DNA of 64,000 nt from NCBI RefSeq assembly GCF_963921235.1, contig NC_086107.1:98582001-98646000 (forward strand). Direction: 5' to 3'. Source of the DNA: Mobula hypostoma. Lineage: Eukaryota. Position numbers and translations under genes: made by a program. Shown in pieces: positions 11,476-24,539 of this stretch. The stretch's first letter is position 1. Every line of letters begins with the position of its first letter. Under the pieces are notes generated by a model, which saw nothing but the letters and a program-made list of their open reading frames with translations, was not told the origin of the DNA and made no database searches.

Positions 11476-13189
11476 AGATATTCCTTAAGCTGCCTGACCA
11501 CCTTATCTACTTGCCCTATCTTCAGTTGATATGCAGTCCAAAATCCTCTAAATTTGTCCATATTCCACCACTTACTGCTGTCCTTCACCCCATTTTCCCT
11601 CCCCAAAGGTTTCATGCTTCTCTGGATTGTAAACAGAAGATCATACTTTAGAAACTTAATAGAAAATTTTGTGTAGGTAAAAAGGAAGGTTGATGACAGG
11701 AGAGCTTTTGACATTGTCAAGCACCTTGCTAAAATCCGTGTAGACGAAGTCCTTCATAGCAGATCAATCAGGAAGGTTAAAACTCGGGCTTGCAGAGTAA
11801 GTGGCAGATTGCATTGTAAATTGGCCCAGTGGGGGAAAGCAAGGGTTATGGGGAATTTTAGTGTTTGCAAGGTTCTGTTCTAAATCCCTAGCGTTGCACA
11901 GTATCCGTGCAAGTGATTTGGATTTTAATGTTTAAAGTCAACAGGCAATCCACTGGAGGAACTCGGTGGGTTGAGCAGCATCTCTGGGAGAAAAGGAATT
12001 ATCGATGTCCAGGTTGAAGCCCTGCATTAGGACTGAGTGTGGAGAGTGTAGATGGCCAGTATAAACAGTGATAAGACAGGATTCTGAGGTGATCGGTGGA
12101 CTGAGGAGGGGTGAGAGATGACAAGGCAGGTAGTGTCGGGAAGAAGAAGGGGATGGAGTTGGGAGGGAGGGAGGGAGGGCGAAGTTTGTAGACAGCTGCT
12201 GAAGGGAGATAAACGTGGTTTACCAGTGCTAGAACCTGATAAATGGATGGATCATCTGCAGGCAGGAGGGATTCATTTTAATTTGGCATCATGCTCAGCA
12301 TTAACATCATGGGCCGAAGGGCCTGTTCCTGTTCTGTACTCTTCTACAATGTGTACCGTGAAGGGGGGAGGTGAATGGCCAATGGAACCAGATGGGGGAG
12401 TAGGTGGGTGAACTGTGCGTATAGTGGATGGATGGAACCATTTGCGACTGACAGGAGGGAAGGTGTTGTTGCTCAGAGGGCGATGAACCTCCGAATCGCT
12501 CTGCCCCAGAAAGTGAATCAATATCCAGGCATCTGGATATTGTGGGAATCAGGGAATGTGAGGTTGGAACAAGAAAATGGTGCTGATCTCCCTGTTCCCA
12601 GGTATCTTACATCTGAATGCTCTGTCCTCTATCACTTTGTCCTTGGGTACTGTGCGTCTGTGAGCATTCCAACTATCTCCATGTGATTCTTGACTCCTGG
12701 TAATTCCACAATCTCCCCACAGCTCCACCAAGCCAACCCCGAGGTCTGGTGGTTAGGGCAGTCTCGCAGTATCTCCATTCTGAAACCCTATCTCTGGACC
12801 CTGTGACTGGTAATCCAATTCCTGGCTTTTCTGTCTGTACCAGAGTCAGCCATGTCAGCAAATGGCTACCTGCCCTCAGAAATAGCCTGTGCCAAAGTCT
12901 GGATGGTAATTTTAAACATGAAGTAGTGAGAGTTCAGGGCCAATGTGTTCCCATAAAGAAGAGCAAGGACAGCAAGTCCAAGGAACTTGGATATCAATGG
13001 TTGGATAAAGGAAGGAAATGAGGCATATGGCAGGTACAGAGAGCTGGAAATGTGAGGTCTTTCACAGAAACAATGCTCGTGATGATTCATGGATCATTTG
13101 GCCTTCTTGTCCAGGAGATGCAATTTCTGGAACATCTAGAATACAATGACACCTATCTCAGATTTGTAATTATTGACTGCACTCACAAC

Positions 13190-14915
13190 ACGCTGGAGGA
13201 ACCCAGCAGGTCGGGCAGCATCAGTGGAAAAGATCGGTCAACGTTTCGGGCCGGAACCCTTTGTCAGGACTGAAGAGGGAGGGGGCAGAGGCCCTATAAA
13301 GAAGGTGGGGGGGAGGGTGGGAAGGAGAAGGCTGGGAGGTTCCAGGTGAAAAACCAGTAAGGGGAAAGATAAAGGGGTGGGGGAGGGGAAGCAGGGAGGT
13401 GATGGGCAGGAAAGGTGAAGAAGGAATAGGGGAAAGCACAGTGGGTAGTAGAAGGAGGCAGAACCATGAGGGAGGTAGTAGGCAGCTGGGGGAGGGGGCA
13501 GAGTGAAATAGGGATAGGGGAAGGGAGGGGGAGGGAATTACCGGAAGTTGGAGAATTCTATGTTCATACCAAGGGGCTGGAGACTACCTAGACAGTATAT
13601 GAGGTGTTGCTCCTCCAACCTGAGTTTAGCCTCATCATGGCAGTAGAGGAGGCCATGTATGGACATATCTGAATGGGAGTGGGAAGCAGAGTTGAAGTGG
13701 GTGGCTACTGGGAGATCCTGTCTGTTTTGGCAGATGGAGTGGAGGTGCTCGACGAAGCGGTCCCCCAATCTGCGTCGGGTTTCACCGATGTAGAGGAGGA
13801 CGCACCAGGAGCACCGGATGCAATAGATGACCCCAACAGACTCACAAGTGAAGTGTTGCCTCACCTGGAAGTACTGTTTGGGGCCCTGAATGGTGGCAAG
13901 AGAGGAGGTGTAGGGACAGGTGTAGCACTTGCGCTTACAGGGATAAGTGCCAGGTGGGAGATCCGTAGGGAGGCACCAATCCCTGCGGAAGGCGGAGAGG
14001 GGCGGAGAGGGAAAGATGTGCTTAGTGGTGGGGTCCTGTTGAAGGTGGCGGAAGTTGCGAGGATAATGTGCTGGATCCGGAGGCTGGTGGGGTGGTAGGT
14101 GAGGACAAGGGGAACTCTGTCCCTGTTGTGGTGGCGGGAGGATGGGGTGAGAGCCGAAGTGCGGGAAATGGAGGAGATGCGGGTGAGGGCATCATTGATG
14201 ATGGTAGAAGGGAAACCACCATCCTTAAAGAAAGAGGACAGTTGAGATGTCCTGGAATGGAAAGCCTCAACCTCGGAGCAGATGCGGCGGAGACGGAGGA
14301 ACTGGGAATAGGGAATGGCATTTTTGCATGTGACGGGGTGGGAAGAGGTATAGTTGAGGTAGTTATGAGAGTCAGTGGGATTGTAGAAGATGTCAGTGGA
14401 CAGTCTGTCTCCAGAGATGGAGATCGAGAAAGGGGAGAGAAGTGTCTGAGATAGACCAAGTGAATTTGAGGGCTGGGTGGAACTTAGAAGCAAAGTCGAT
14501 GAAATTGACAAGCTCAGCGTGGGTGCAGGAAGCAGCACCAATGTAGTCGTCAATGTACCGAAGGAAAAGTTGGGGAGCAGTACCAGAATAGGTTTGGAGC
14601 ACAGACTGTTCCACATAACCAACGAAGAGGCAGGCATAGCTGGGGCCCATGCGAGTTCCCATAGCTACACCCTTGGTCTGAAGAAAGTGGGAAGAGCCAA
14701 AACAGAAGTTATTGAGTGTGAGAACCAGTTCCGCCAACCGGAGGAGGGTAGTGGTGGTGGGGAACTGGTGAGGTCTATTATCCAGGAAGTGCGGAGGGCT
14801 TTGAGGCCTTCTTCATGGGGAATGGAGGTGTATAGGGATTGGACATCCATAGTGAAAATGAAGCGGTTGGGAGCGGGGAACTGGAAGTTATTGAAGAGGT
14901 GGAGGGCATGGGATG
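13190..14915 (-). mobile_element. 5'-truncated Neptune-type PLE (RT C-terminal half, GIY-YIG, 3' UTR); frameshifted
   Basis: FTMDVQSLYTSIPH, GVAMGTRMGPSYACLFVG, FLRYIDD, FTCESVGVIYCIRC..YIGETRRRLGDRF. Hammerhead-like motif at 13235-13272 with core CTGACAA (mutated). Confidence 0.9.
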
Positions 14916-14959
14916 TATGCTGGAAGTTTTGCCTCCAGTACCACAACTCCATACAAGCT

Positions 14960-15582
14960 CATCCCCAAACTCCTAGACCTTGGACTCAACACCCCGCTCT
15001 GCAACTGGATCATGACTTGCTGAATGTCAAACCCAGGTGTTTGGTTAGTCCTGCAGTTGAGGCCCAAAGGTCAATACCCTGTGATCGGCGCGTCCTGGGG
15101 GGTCGATACCCCGAGGTCAGCAAAGTCCAGAGTTTGGCCTTTCTGGAGGTAGAAAGCCCAAAAGAGTGATGTCTGAAGTCGGTGAGTCCGGAGGTAGAAG
15201 ACAAGTCCAGGCCAAAGACTTGGAGTTTGGAGGTTTGAAGTCTGAAGACTGCAGGTCTGGGTGTCCAGACCAAAGACTGGAGGTTGGAGTCCCAATATCT
15301 GTGAGATTGAGAGACCAGGGTCAAGGACTGGAGGTGCAGAGGCAGATTGTCTTGAGGTTGGACGCTTGTGTGTGTAAGGGGATGAGAGGGTGGGAAAGGG
15401 GTCTGTTTTGTCGTTGTTTGGTTTCATTCTGTTGTGCTAAACATTGTGAGCATACTATGTTGGTGCCATATTGTGTGGTGACACTTGCAGGCTGCCCCTC
15501 CCGCACTTCCCCAGGCATGTTGGTTGTTAACGCAAGCAACACATTTCACTGTTTCGATGTGCGTAAATAGATCTGAATCTGA
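14960..15582 (+). repeat. SINE-like/non-autonomous retroelement with internal short tandem units and (ATCTGA)n-like tail
   Basis: Repeated GGAGGT..AGTC(C/T) units; ends TAAATAGATCTGAATCTGA. Confidence 0.45.
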
Positions 15583-16275
15583 CCAACAGACCAAAGTCAG
15601 CCAGGACAGGCAGCACCACCTCCACCAGGATTACCCTCAACACTGGTGTTCCACCAGGCTGAATCCGCAGCCCTTTAATTTACTACACAGGCACTTATGA
15701 CTGTGAGGCCAGGCTCCATCCACAAAGTTGCAGGTGACACCACCATAATGGACTGCTTGTCAAAGAGCAACATGATGGAGTAAAGGAAGGAAGGGGAGAT
15801 CCTAGTGGCACGATGTCAAGATAACAGTCTGTCCCTCAAAACAAAAGAGCTGGTCATTGACATTAGGAAGTGGGGCAAAGTACATGCCCTTGTCTATATC
15901 AGTGGTGCTGAGGTAGAAATGCTTGTGAGCTTCTCCCTATGGCCAGGAGACCACACCAGTGCCTCTACTTCAAAGGTTAGAGAATGTATACAGTATACAA
16001 CCTGAAATTCTTACTCTTCACAGACATCCACGAAACAGAAGAAAACCCCTGAAGAATGAATGACAGGAAAGCATTAGAACCCCCCCCCCAAAGCTCCCTC
16101 CCACGCACAAGCAGCAGCAAAGCATCAACCCTCCCACCCCTGCCTCCCCACCACTCGCCATGCAAGTATTAGCAGAGCCCCCAAAGAGACCATGATCTGG
16201 AACCCATAAACAAAACACTTCTCGACGTGCTCTCTCTCTCAAAGGGCTGAGGAACCTTGGCATGTCTCTGATGGT
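15583..16275 (+). mobile_element. Rex1/Babar-type LINE RT fragment interrupted by a SINE-like insert (about 15975-16240)
   Basis: ITLNTGVPPG and KTKELVIDIRK motifs. The insert resembles 58680-58930. Confidence 0.6.
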
Positions 16276-16837
16276 CCTCACCAGGAGCAGGTTTAAAGTG
16301 AGAAGACTTTCCTGGAACTTAATAACCTGATTAGTGTAAAATGGATAAGTTCCCCAGGTTGTGCAAGGATTTATAGCTACTAACATTTATGCAGCTCACT
16401 TCACATTAAACAATCTCCCTCAGGCATTCCTTGAGTAAATCACACGAAACTTGACACTGAGCCAAAGGGGGAGCCATTGGGAGAGAGTAAAATATAACAA
16501 GAAGTTTAGTTTGAACTCTTGCAACATTTAAGAAGCATCTCGATCAGAACTTGAAATGCCATGGAATTTACAGTATGGATCTAGTGGAGGTAAACGGGAT
16601 TAGTATACAAGGGTACTGGATGGTTGACATGGACGTAATGGGCCTAACAACACCTGTTTCTGTGCCCTATGACTGTTCAGGCTGGTTGAGGAACATCCAT
16701 CTCCCACTCCACTCTGACCTATGGTCTCCTGCACTGTTAGAGCAGGGCCCAGTGCCAGCTCGAGGAACGGCAACTCATCTTCCATCTGTGCAGGTCGCTG
16801 CCTTCCAGAATTCAATGTCACATTCTCCAAGCAAATC

Positions 16838-17615
16838 GGCAAATGCTGGAGATCCAAAGCAACACCCTCACAAAACGTTGGAGAAACTTAGCAGGTCAGG
16901 CAGCACCTATGGAAAATGGTCAACAGTTGAGGTTTTGGGTTGAGACTCTTCTTCATGACTGGAAAGGAGGAGGAGGTCAGAGTAAGAAGATGGGGGGGGA
17001 GGAGAGGACGAAGTACAAGCTGGTAGGTGAGGGGGTGAAACCAAGAGAGGGGGAAGGGTGAACTAAAGAGCTGGGAAGTAGATTGGTGAAAGAGATAAAA
17101 GGCTGGAGGAGGGAGAATCTGATAGGAGAGGATAGAAGGCCATGGAAGAAAGGGAAGGCAGAGGGCACCAGAAGGAGATGATGGGCAGGCAAGGGGATAA
17201 GGTGTGAGAGGAAACAGGAATGGGGAATGGTGAAGGAGAGGAGGAAGCATTTACTGGGAATTCGAGAAATCGATGTTCATGCCATCAGGTTGGAGGCTAC
17301 CCAGACGGAATATAAGGTGTTGCTCCTCCAACCTGAGAGTGGCCTCGTCACGACAGTGGAGGAAGCCGTGGATAAACATAGCTGAATATGAATGGGAAGT
17401 AGGATTAAAATGGGTGGACACTGGGAGATCCCACTTTTTCTCACAGAGTGTAGGTGCTCAATGGAGCGGTCTCCCAGTCTACGCTGGATCTCGCCAATGT
17501 ACAGGAGGCCACACTGAGAGCACCGGATAGAACTAACCCCATCAGACTTGCAGGTTACCTGGAAGGACTGAATAGCAATGAGGGAGGAGGTGTAGGGGTG
17601 GGTGTAGCACTTGTG
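16838..17615 (-). mobile_element. Older PLE 3' fragment (GIY-YIG plus 3' UTR with decayed hammerhead)
   Basis: IRCSQCGLLYIGEIQRRLGDR; 3' UTR homologous to the other PLE copies. Confidence 0.8.
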
Positions 17616-19949
17616 GACATTCCACTGACTCATGCTCCCTGTCTGCATCACAATTGCCCATTTGTGCTGGAGGTCAATCATCTGTGAGGTTGGCTGAGGT
17701 TTTTTCCTCTCCATTAGCACTCGCTGGTCAAACATCGGTCACCTTCTAATTGACCCCATTAACAACCTATTCTGGCCTCGCCTCGCCCTGAGATTGACAT
17801 TCCCATTATCTTCCCCAGCTCCCCACCTTCTTTGCAATTTAACTCACTGCTTCTTCCCTTGTTCCCTCCCCCTGAAACAATGGCATTAACTCTGAACATG
17901 AAACTCAATGGGGTGATTGATTTTCTATGTTGTCAGCAATAAGGAATGTGAAATGTTTTGCAGCGGGACTGGAGGCAGTGGTGCCTGCAGCGTTGGCAGA
18001 GAGCAGATCATCAGCCCTTGGCCAACGTTTTCATGTAAGTGATGTCCTGGAGACCTTGTCTGCATGAGGTACAGAGTTGGTGGTGTGTAGGAATCTTGCG
18101 CGATGTGGAGGGCTGGATCGTGGAAGGATTCCATACACAAGTAAGTACATTTGTGAAGGATCTGGGAATTAAGGGCTGTGAGGGAGCCAGCACAGAAAAG
18201 CAGATAAGACCTTGGGTAGATGATTCATGATATTGAATGGTGGAGCAGGCTTAACAAGACACTGTGTGACTTGGAAGGGGACCTGTGGGTAAATATGTTC
18301 CCACTACACCTGCTGACGTTGTCCTCCTTGGTAGTAAACATACATTTAGCAGATTCTGTCAGAAGTGGTACAATGTCTGTGTGGTTTGTAAATGTTGGTT
18401 GGATGTCAGCGTATCGACAAGAATAGAGTCAGTGCAATGGGAAGTGCACAAGGTGAGCTCCAAGAGCGGAAGTTAGGAGAAAGTTTAAGATGAGAGTCGG
18501 AGGGGGTCTCTACTGGAAGGAGGAGAGTGAGGGGAGCAGCTGAAGGAGGTAACTAATCTCAGTCCAAGGACTGAAAAAAACTCCACAAGCTCTGTTCACT
18601 ACCTGGAGCTAAGTCGCAGTTATCTTTGCCTGTCAGAATGACTTCAGAAGATGAACAATTTTGGCAGATGATAAGATCTAACAGCAACTAAGCCTGATCT
18701 GATGATGAACGATGACACAGGTCACTGCCATAAAGCAGCTCGCTCCGTATTTTGGATGAAGGAAGCTGAGGTAGGCGCGGCATTTGGGCAAATGATTTTG
18801 GTGGCTTTAATGGGGCCACCAATGCCAAAGCTGGAGGTGAGATTGTGATTGCTCTGAGCAAGAACTGCGGAAATGTAAAACCAAAGACCAAATGGTTACT
18901 AACATCTCATTCCCATTTAGGTCATTGACTGAACATGTGAACTTGCTCACGGGCCTGAGATGAGACTATGGGTGTGAGATGCTGCAACCTTTTGCACTAC
19001 ATCTTGCAATCTGATCATTCAGAATAGAAGTTTTAGAGGCTGCTCTCTGCCTCTGCCCCATCCCCCTGTATATAGCTGATCAGCTGAAGGCAGAGTAACC
19101 CCATTTGAGTTCTAGATTTTGCAGATCTTTCTCTGGAGATGCAGTTTGTTGCCTTGCAGGGGCAGGCAATCAACCTGCAGGCTGGCCAGCATGGATAATG
19201 TTTAAGGATTTTCAGAATAGTTCCTCATGTGTGGCTCAGATTTATAAGTATTTTAATAGATCAGTGTTTCATCTGTCTCAAATACAGCATTAGCCAAGAA
19301 TCATATGGCGAACCAGAACGTGTTGCATTGTCAGAAGGTGGTCTTAACAAGTTGAGGCACTGCTTCAGTGACTGTGGTTTGTACATATTGTACATTGAGT
19401 CCTGTGTGAGGGGAAAAGTGTTTTCCTGCACTTTCTCTGAAGGTTTTAGGATCACACCTACTCCCTGCCTGTGAATCCACACAGATGTCAGTCCATAACG
19501 TGAATGAAGCCCACTGAGCTTTCTAACCAGTTGAGATGCGCCTCTTTTTTTTCTCCCCCAAAGGATTCAGAAGCAACTGCCAATCACGGTCAGTAAATGG
19601 CAGCCTGGACGGCAATGTCCAGATCCTGAAAGCTCTAGCAACTGAAACACAGCCAGTGCCGCTCCCTGCCGTATCAAAGCAGCCTGGGTAGACATCAGCC
19701 ACAATGAGGCATTATAATCATAATTCCTGAAGGTCAACACAGCCATTCCAGTCTTGCAGTCTGTGTCTCCAACACAACCATGAATTGTTTTTCTATGAAT
19801 AATCAGCCTTCAAAATATTAACCATTCAAGTCTCTATTGTGTGCTTGTTGTGACTTGCACAGCAAGCAATTCTTAATGGATAACCAGACAATCCAAAGCA
19901 GAGAAGCTCCAACAATGGTTACTCCCACACATTGTCCTGGTTTCCTCAT

Positions 19950-20370
19950 ATTTCTCACGTATTTCCTGGCATTTAGGGCAGCAATTAAGCTCCTCCATCT
20001 CGGACGGTGTTCAGGGCTTCCTTCATGTTGTAAGTCGCTTCCCCTCAGTTTTCACGACTGTCAGTCATACAAGTCCTGGGTGGAGACTCAGGGATACTGT
20101 TGCACTCAGATGTAGAAGGAATCTCCATTGCTGTTTCCATAACGATTTAGTTTCAGCGGACGGGGTTGTTAGCGCTGAGCTGAACCCCCAAACCTGGAGG
20201 ACTGGTGGACCACTCTTAGTCTGGCCTCTACCCTTTGACCTGTTTGGCATGGGTGACCCTACCAAGAGCCAAAGCGTAAAGCCCTGACTCCAAGCCGGCA
20301 TAGCCCTCCGGGTCATTGAGGCATGACAGGCCTCCAAACCATGACAAGGTTGTGGTCCTTCTGGAGGATT
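19950..20370 (-). mobile_element. RTE-clade-derived non-autonomous element (5' UTR-like)
   Basis: Minus strand begins CCTTGTCATGG..GCCTCAATGACC..GCTATGCC..GGTAGGGTCACCCATGCCAAACAGGTC, resembling RTE/BovB/Rex3 5' ends as recalled. Confidence 0.5.
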
Positions 20371-21106
20371 TCTTAGTAAATCTCCTTAAAAAGCTGCACC
20401 TTTCAGAAGTTTGATATAAAGTTTCACAAACAATCTTCTACCTCATCACTGCTGATCTGTAGCCAACACTTCAGAAGTAGTCATTTTCTCTTTCCAGTGG
20501 AATATCACAAATATCAAAGCCATTGGCTTTTGTCCTTACCAGAAGTTCAATTCCTAGTCTCCCGTTTAATTTCTCCCCTTTTAAACTGCCATTGGACTCC
20601 TTTCCCCCTGCCCAGTCCTGCACATTGGCTTAGACTGAATGAGTCTCTCTGCAAGCAATGTCATGTTTTTTTTTAATTTTACACCTTACCCATCACCATG
20701 AACTTCCTCTTCCACGGCACCACCAATTTCCAATATGAACTTGGCTGTTGATGAACTCCTCATCCAAGCTTTTACCATTCCTAGACACTCCTGGCCAGCT
20801 TCCTATTTCTCGTTATCTATCCAGACTCTTCTGTTCATTGATCTAGTTCCACCAAGGCCTCCAATTTTAAATTGTCACCTTTATCTCTGCTCCCTCACTC
20901 CTGCCAGAACATCTATTGTTATTTGTAATCACCCAAGGTTATGAGCTGCACAAACACCAATGGTAGCTAGTTCTTCATCAATTTTACATTCTGGAATAAC
21001 AGGCCTTTTGGCCCATTATGTCCATGTACCCTTCTATACCGATCCCATTTACCACCACTCAGTCCATACACTTCCATGCCGTGGCAGTTCAAATTCTCAT
21101 CAAGAT

Positions 21107-21418
21107 TAAAGGCATCTGTTAGTCTTGCGAGACCATGGATCTGCGCCTGGAAAGTCTTCACTCTCCAGGGCGCAGGCCTGGGCAAGGTTGTATGGAAGAC
21201 CAGCAGTTGACCATGCTGCAAGTCTCCCCTCTCCACAACACCAATGTTGTCCAAGGGAGGGGGATTAGGACCCATACAACTTGGCACCAGTGTCATCGCA
21301 GAGCAATGTGTGATTAAGTGCCTTGCTCAAGGACACAACACGTTCCCTCGGCTGGGGCTCGAACTCACGACCTTCAGGTCGCTAGTCCAATGCCTTAACC
21401 ACTTGGCCATGTGCCCAC
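21107..21418 (-). mobile_element. tRNA-derived SINE with CORE-like central domain, inserted in a CR1 3' tail
   Basis: A box TGGCCAAGTGG, B box GTTCGAGCC, GTGTCCTTGAGCAAGGCACTTAA. TSD ATCAAGAT at 21099-21106 and 21419-21426. Confidence 0.8.
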
Positions 21419-21754
21419 ATCAAGATAGATACTTCTTAAATGTTGCAAGAGAACCTGCCTGTACCTTCCCTTCAAACCAAGCCTTTTGTTATATTTTGCT
21501 CACTCCTCCAGCTCCTCCTTTGGCTGGATGTCAGTTTTTGTGCAAATTAACGTGAAAGCAATGCCTTAGGATGATGGTTAAATACACAGAATAAGGGTAT
21601 TCTGTGCAATTAAACTGTCACATGCTAATCTAGTAACAGGAAAGTAATTTCACTGAAAACCTGTTCTCATATCACAGAACAGACATACAGGAATTACAGA
21701 CTCTAATTCTATTAATTTACCAGCCCTGTCACTGTAAAGTTGACAGCGATATGG

Positions 21755-22558
21755 AGCAAGTATCATTTGGAGTATCGTGTTCAGTTCTGGTCCCTTCATT
21801 ATGCAAGATGTGGAAGCTTTAGAGAGGGTGCATAGGAGATTTACCTGGACGCAGCCTGGATTAGCAAGCACGTTTTATGAGGAAAGGTTGAGCGAGCTAG
21901 GGCTTTACCCTTTGGAGCAAAGGAGGACAAGAAGTAACTTTAATAGAATTGGACCAGGAGGCAACACAGTAGCGTAGTGGCTGGCACAACGCTTTACGGT
22001 ACCAGTGACCCAGGTTCAATTCCCACAGCAGCCTGGAAGGAGCTTGGATGCTCTCCCTCTGACTGCGTCTGTTGGTTTCCTCCGGGTCCTCCCACAATCC
22101 GAAGATGTACCAGTCGGTAGGTTGACGGGTCATTTTATATGGTCCCAGTTAAATCGGGAGGCTAGACTTAAATCGGGGGTTGCTGTATGGAGCACCACAG
22201 AAGGCCAGGGTAAATAAATAAATAAGATGACCAGAGGCATGGAGAGAGTGGACACCCAACGCCACCTTTCCAAGACAGAAATGACCAACAGGAGAGGGCA
22301 TATTTTTAAGGTAATTGGAGGAAGGAAAAAGGGATTGGTTATTTTACACAGAGAGTGGTAAGTGTGTGGAACGCGCAGCCTGGTGGTAGAGGCAGATATA
22401 TTGCAGGCATTTAAGAGACTCTTCGATAGGCACATGGATAAAAGAAAAATGGAGAGCTATATGGGAGGGAAGCATTAGGTTGATCTCGGAGTAGGTTAAG
22501 AAGATGGCACAATATTGTGGGCAGAAGGACGTGTATTGCGCTACACTGTTCTATGTTA
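21755..22558 (+). mobile_element. CR1 3' fragment containing a tRNA-SINE (about 21955-22225)
   Basis: QDVEALERVHRRFT motif and CR1 3' tail. SINE with TAGCGTAGTGG A box, GGTTCAATTCC B box and (TAAA)n tail. Confidence 0.65.
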
Positions 22559-22954
22559 AACAATGGAAGAAGGCTCCCTATAGTTGCATGGGGCTGTTGA
22601 TCTAGGCACTTTAGTTGAACTTAGTTCTCTCTGTCTTACACGTGCTCACTTTTCACTGCTGCCAAAAGGTAGGAGGTACAGGAGCCTCAGGTCCCACACC
22701 ACCAGCTTCAAGCAGTTATTAGCCTACAACCATCAGGCTCCTCAACTGGCGTAGATAACTTCAATCACCACTACTTTGAATTGATCCTATGACCTATAGA
22801 CTCACCTTCAAGGACTCTTCAGAACTTGCGTTCTCAGTAATTTTTTATTTGCACAGTTTCTCTTTGTTTGCCGGTCGTAGTTAATCCATTTTTCATAAAC
22901 TTTGTTGTTGATTTTCTTGCAAATGCCTGCCAGAAAATGAATTTCAAGGTACAT

Positions 22955-23445
22955 AATGAAGTGGCCACTGAGTATATGTTCAAGGTCTTCTGCTACTGGA
23001 GCCTATTCACTTTAAGGTTCAATGTGTTGTGTATTCAGAGATGCTCTTCTGCACACCACTGCTTTAATGTATGGTTATTTAAGTTACTGTCGCCTTCCTG
23101 TTGGGTTGAACCAGTCTGGCTGTTCTCATTAACAAGGCATTTTTTGCTCACAGAACTGATGTCCACTAGATGTTTTATTCTCTGTGAACTTTAGAGGCTG
23201 TTGTGTGTGAAAATCCCTGAAGATCAGCAGTTTCTGAGATACTGAAACCAGCCCATCTGGCACCAATAATCATTTCACAGTCAAAGTCACTTAGATTACA
23301 GACCCCCCCCTCCCCCCATTCTGATGTTTGGTCTGAACAACAGCTGAACCTCTTGACCATGTCTGCATGCTTTGATACACGATTGGCAGATTAAATATTT
23401 GCACTGACGAGCAGGTGTACCTAATAGAGTGGCCACTGCGTGTAA
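22955..23445. mobile_element. Non-autonomous Tc1-like DNA element
   Basis: TIR-like GTACCTAATAGAGTGGCCACTGCGTGTA at the right end. Minus strand encodes LSDFDCEMIIGARWAGFSISETADL, a Tc1 HTH N-terminus. Confidence 0.6.
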
Positions 23446-23448
23446 ATG

Positions 23449-23662
23449 AAGAAGAAGAAGAAAGCCCTTAACTCCGAGTGGAGTCATTGGGATGCCGTCA
23501 TGATGGCGATATTTTTAGCAAGCTTTCTTATTTTTATGAGGCCTAGTTGCTAGCTCGACGCTCAACCCAGCACGGATGGAAAGTGTGCAAGGGAGCCGGC
23601 TGGATTCGAACTCGGGAGCCTTCACTCCAAAGTCCAGCACTGATGCCACTACACCAGCAGCC
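23449..23662 (-). mobile_element. tRNA-derived SINE with (TTC)n tail
   Basis: Minus strand A box TGGTGTAGTGG, B box GAGTTCGAATCC; (GAA)n at 23448-23461 on plus. Confidence 0.75.
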
Positions 23663-24539
23663 AGTGCGAGTGTATATGTACTTTAATAATAAGTTTACTT
23701 TGAACTTTGAGATTGCCAATACGAGGGTGTGGTGAGGCGACAGATGGGAAAAGTGAAGTGAAGCTCCTTCAACTATGATGGGGAAATCGTGTTGCCAGAA
23801 GGAGAATATGGGAGGCAGGATATGAGAAGTTCCCTGTGGGACTTGGTGGGGTTATACAAGATGTCAGTGGCAATCTGACTCCTGAGATGGACGCAGTGAG
23901 ATCCAGAAAAGTTTCCGAGATGGTCCAGATGAGTGAGAGGACAAAGGTAATGACTTGATGATTTCTGCGGGTCGATGTTGGAGAGGCTTTACTGTGCTGG
24001 TGGAGGTTGGGGGTTGATGTTGTGTCCGAACAGGCTCAGAACAGGAACAGCTCCGTGTAACTAACCAAAAGGCTACCCCCCCCCCCCGTTTGATCTACGG
24101 AAGGTGGAGGGAATAAAAACAGATGCTCCACAACTACTTGCAGATCCGCAAACTACTTCCAGCTTTTTTGGGAACTTTTGCCGCTAAATTCCAGCATCTG
24201 CAGTCTATTCCGTCTTCGTGTTTCTTCAACGGTGGTTCCTCTCGACTACATTTGCCTTAGTGGTCACACTTCTCTCCTCACTCCCAACCCCGCACCGACG
24301 TAAGGATAGTTTCCTTGGTAAACCCTGCATAGCACCAACCACCACATTCGGTGGAGTTTCGGCCACTTCCAAAATGGAGAGAGCACCAGGCACGCCTTTC
24401 AGCAATTCCCTGTTTCTCCCTTCAGTCGTCCCTAACATTCACGCTCCTTCTCCAGAAACCACAGGAGATGAAGAACTTGTCCTCTGAACCTTTCTCCCCC
24501 CGCCCCCCACCTTCCCAGTATTCAGGGCCTCAAACAGAA

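Noticed and set aside
21340..21418. tRNA genes at SINE heads (also 23590-23662)
   Set aside because: A and B boxes are present but continue into SINE bodies with tails or TSDs; no complete cloverleaf.
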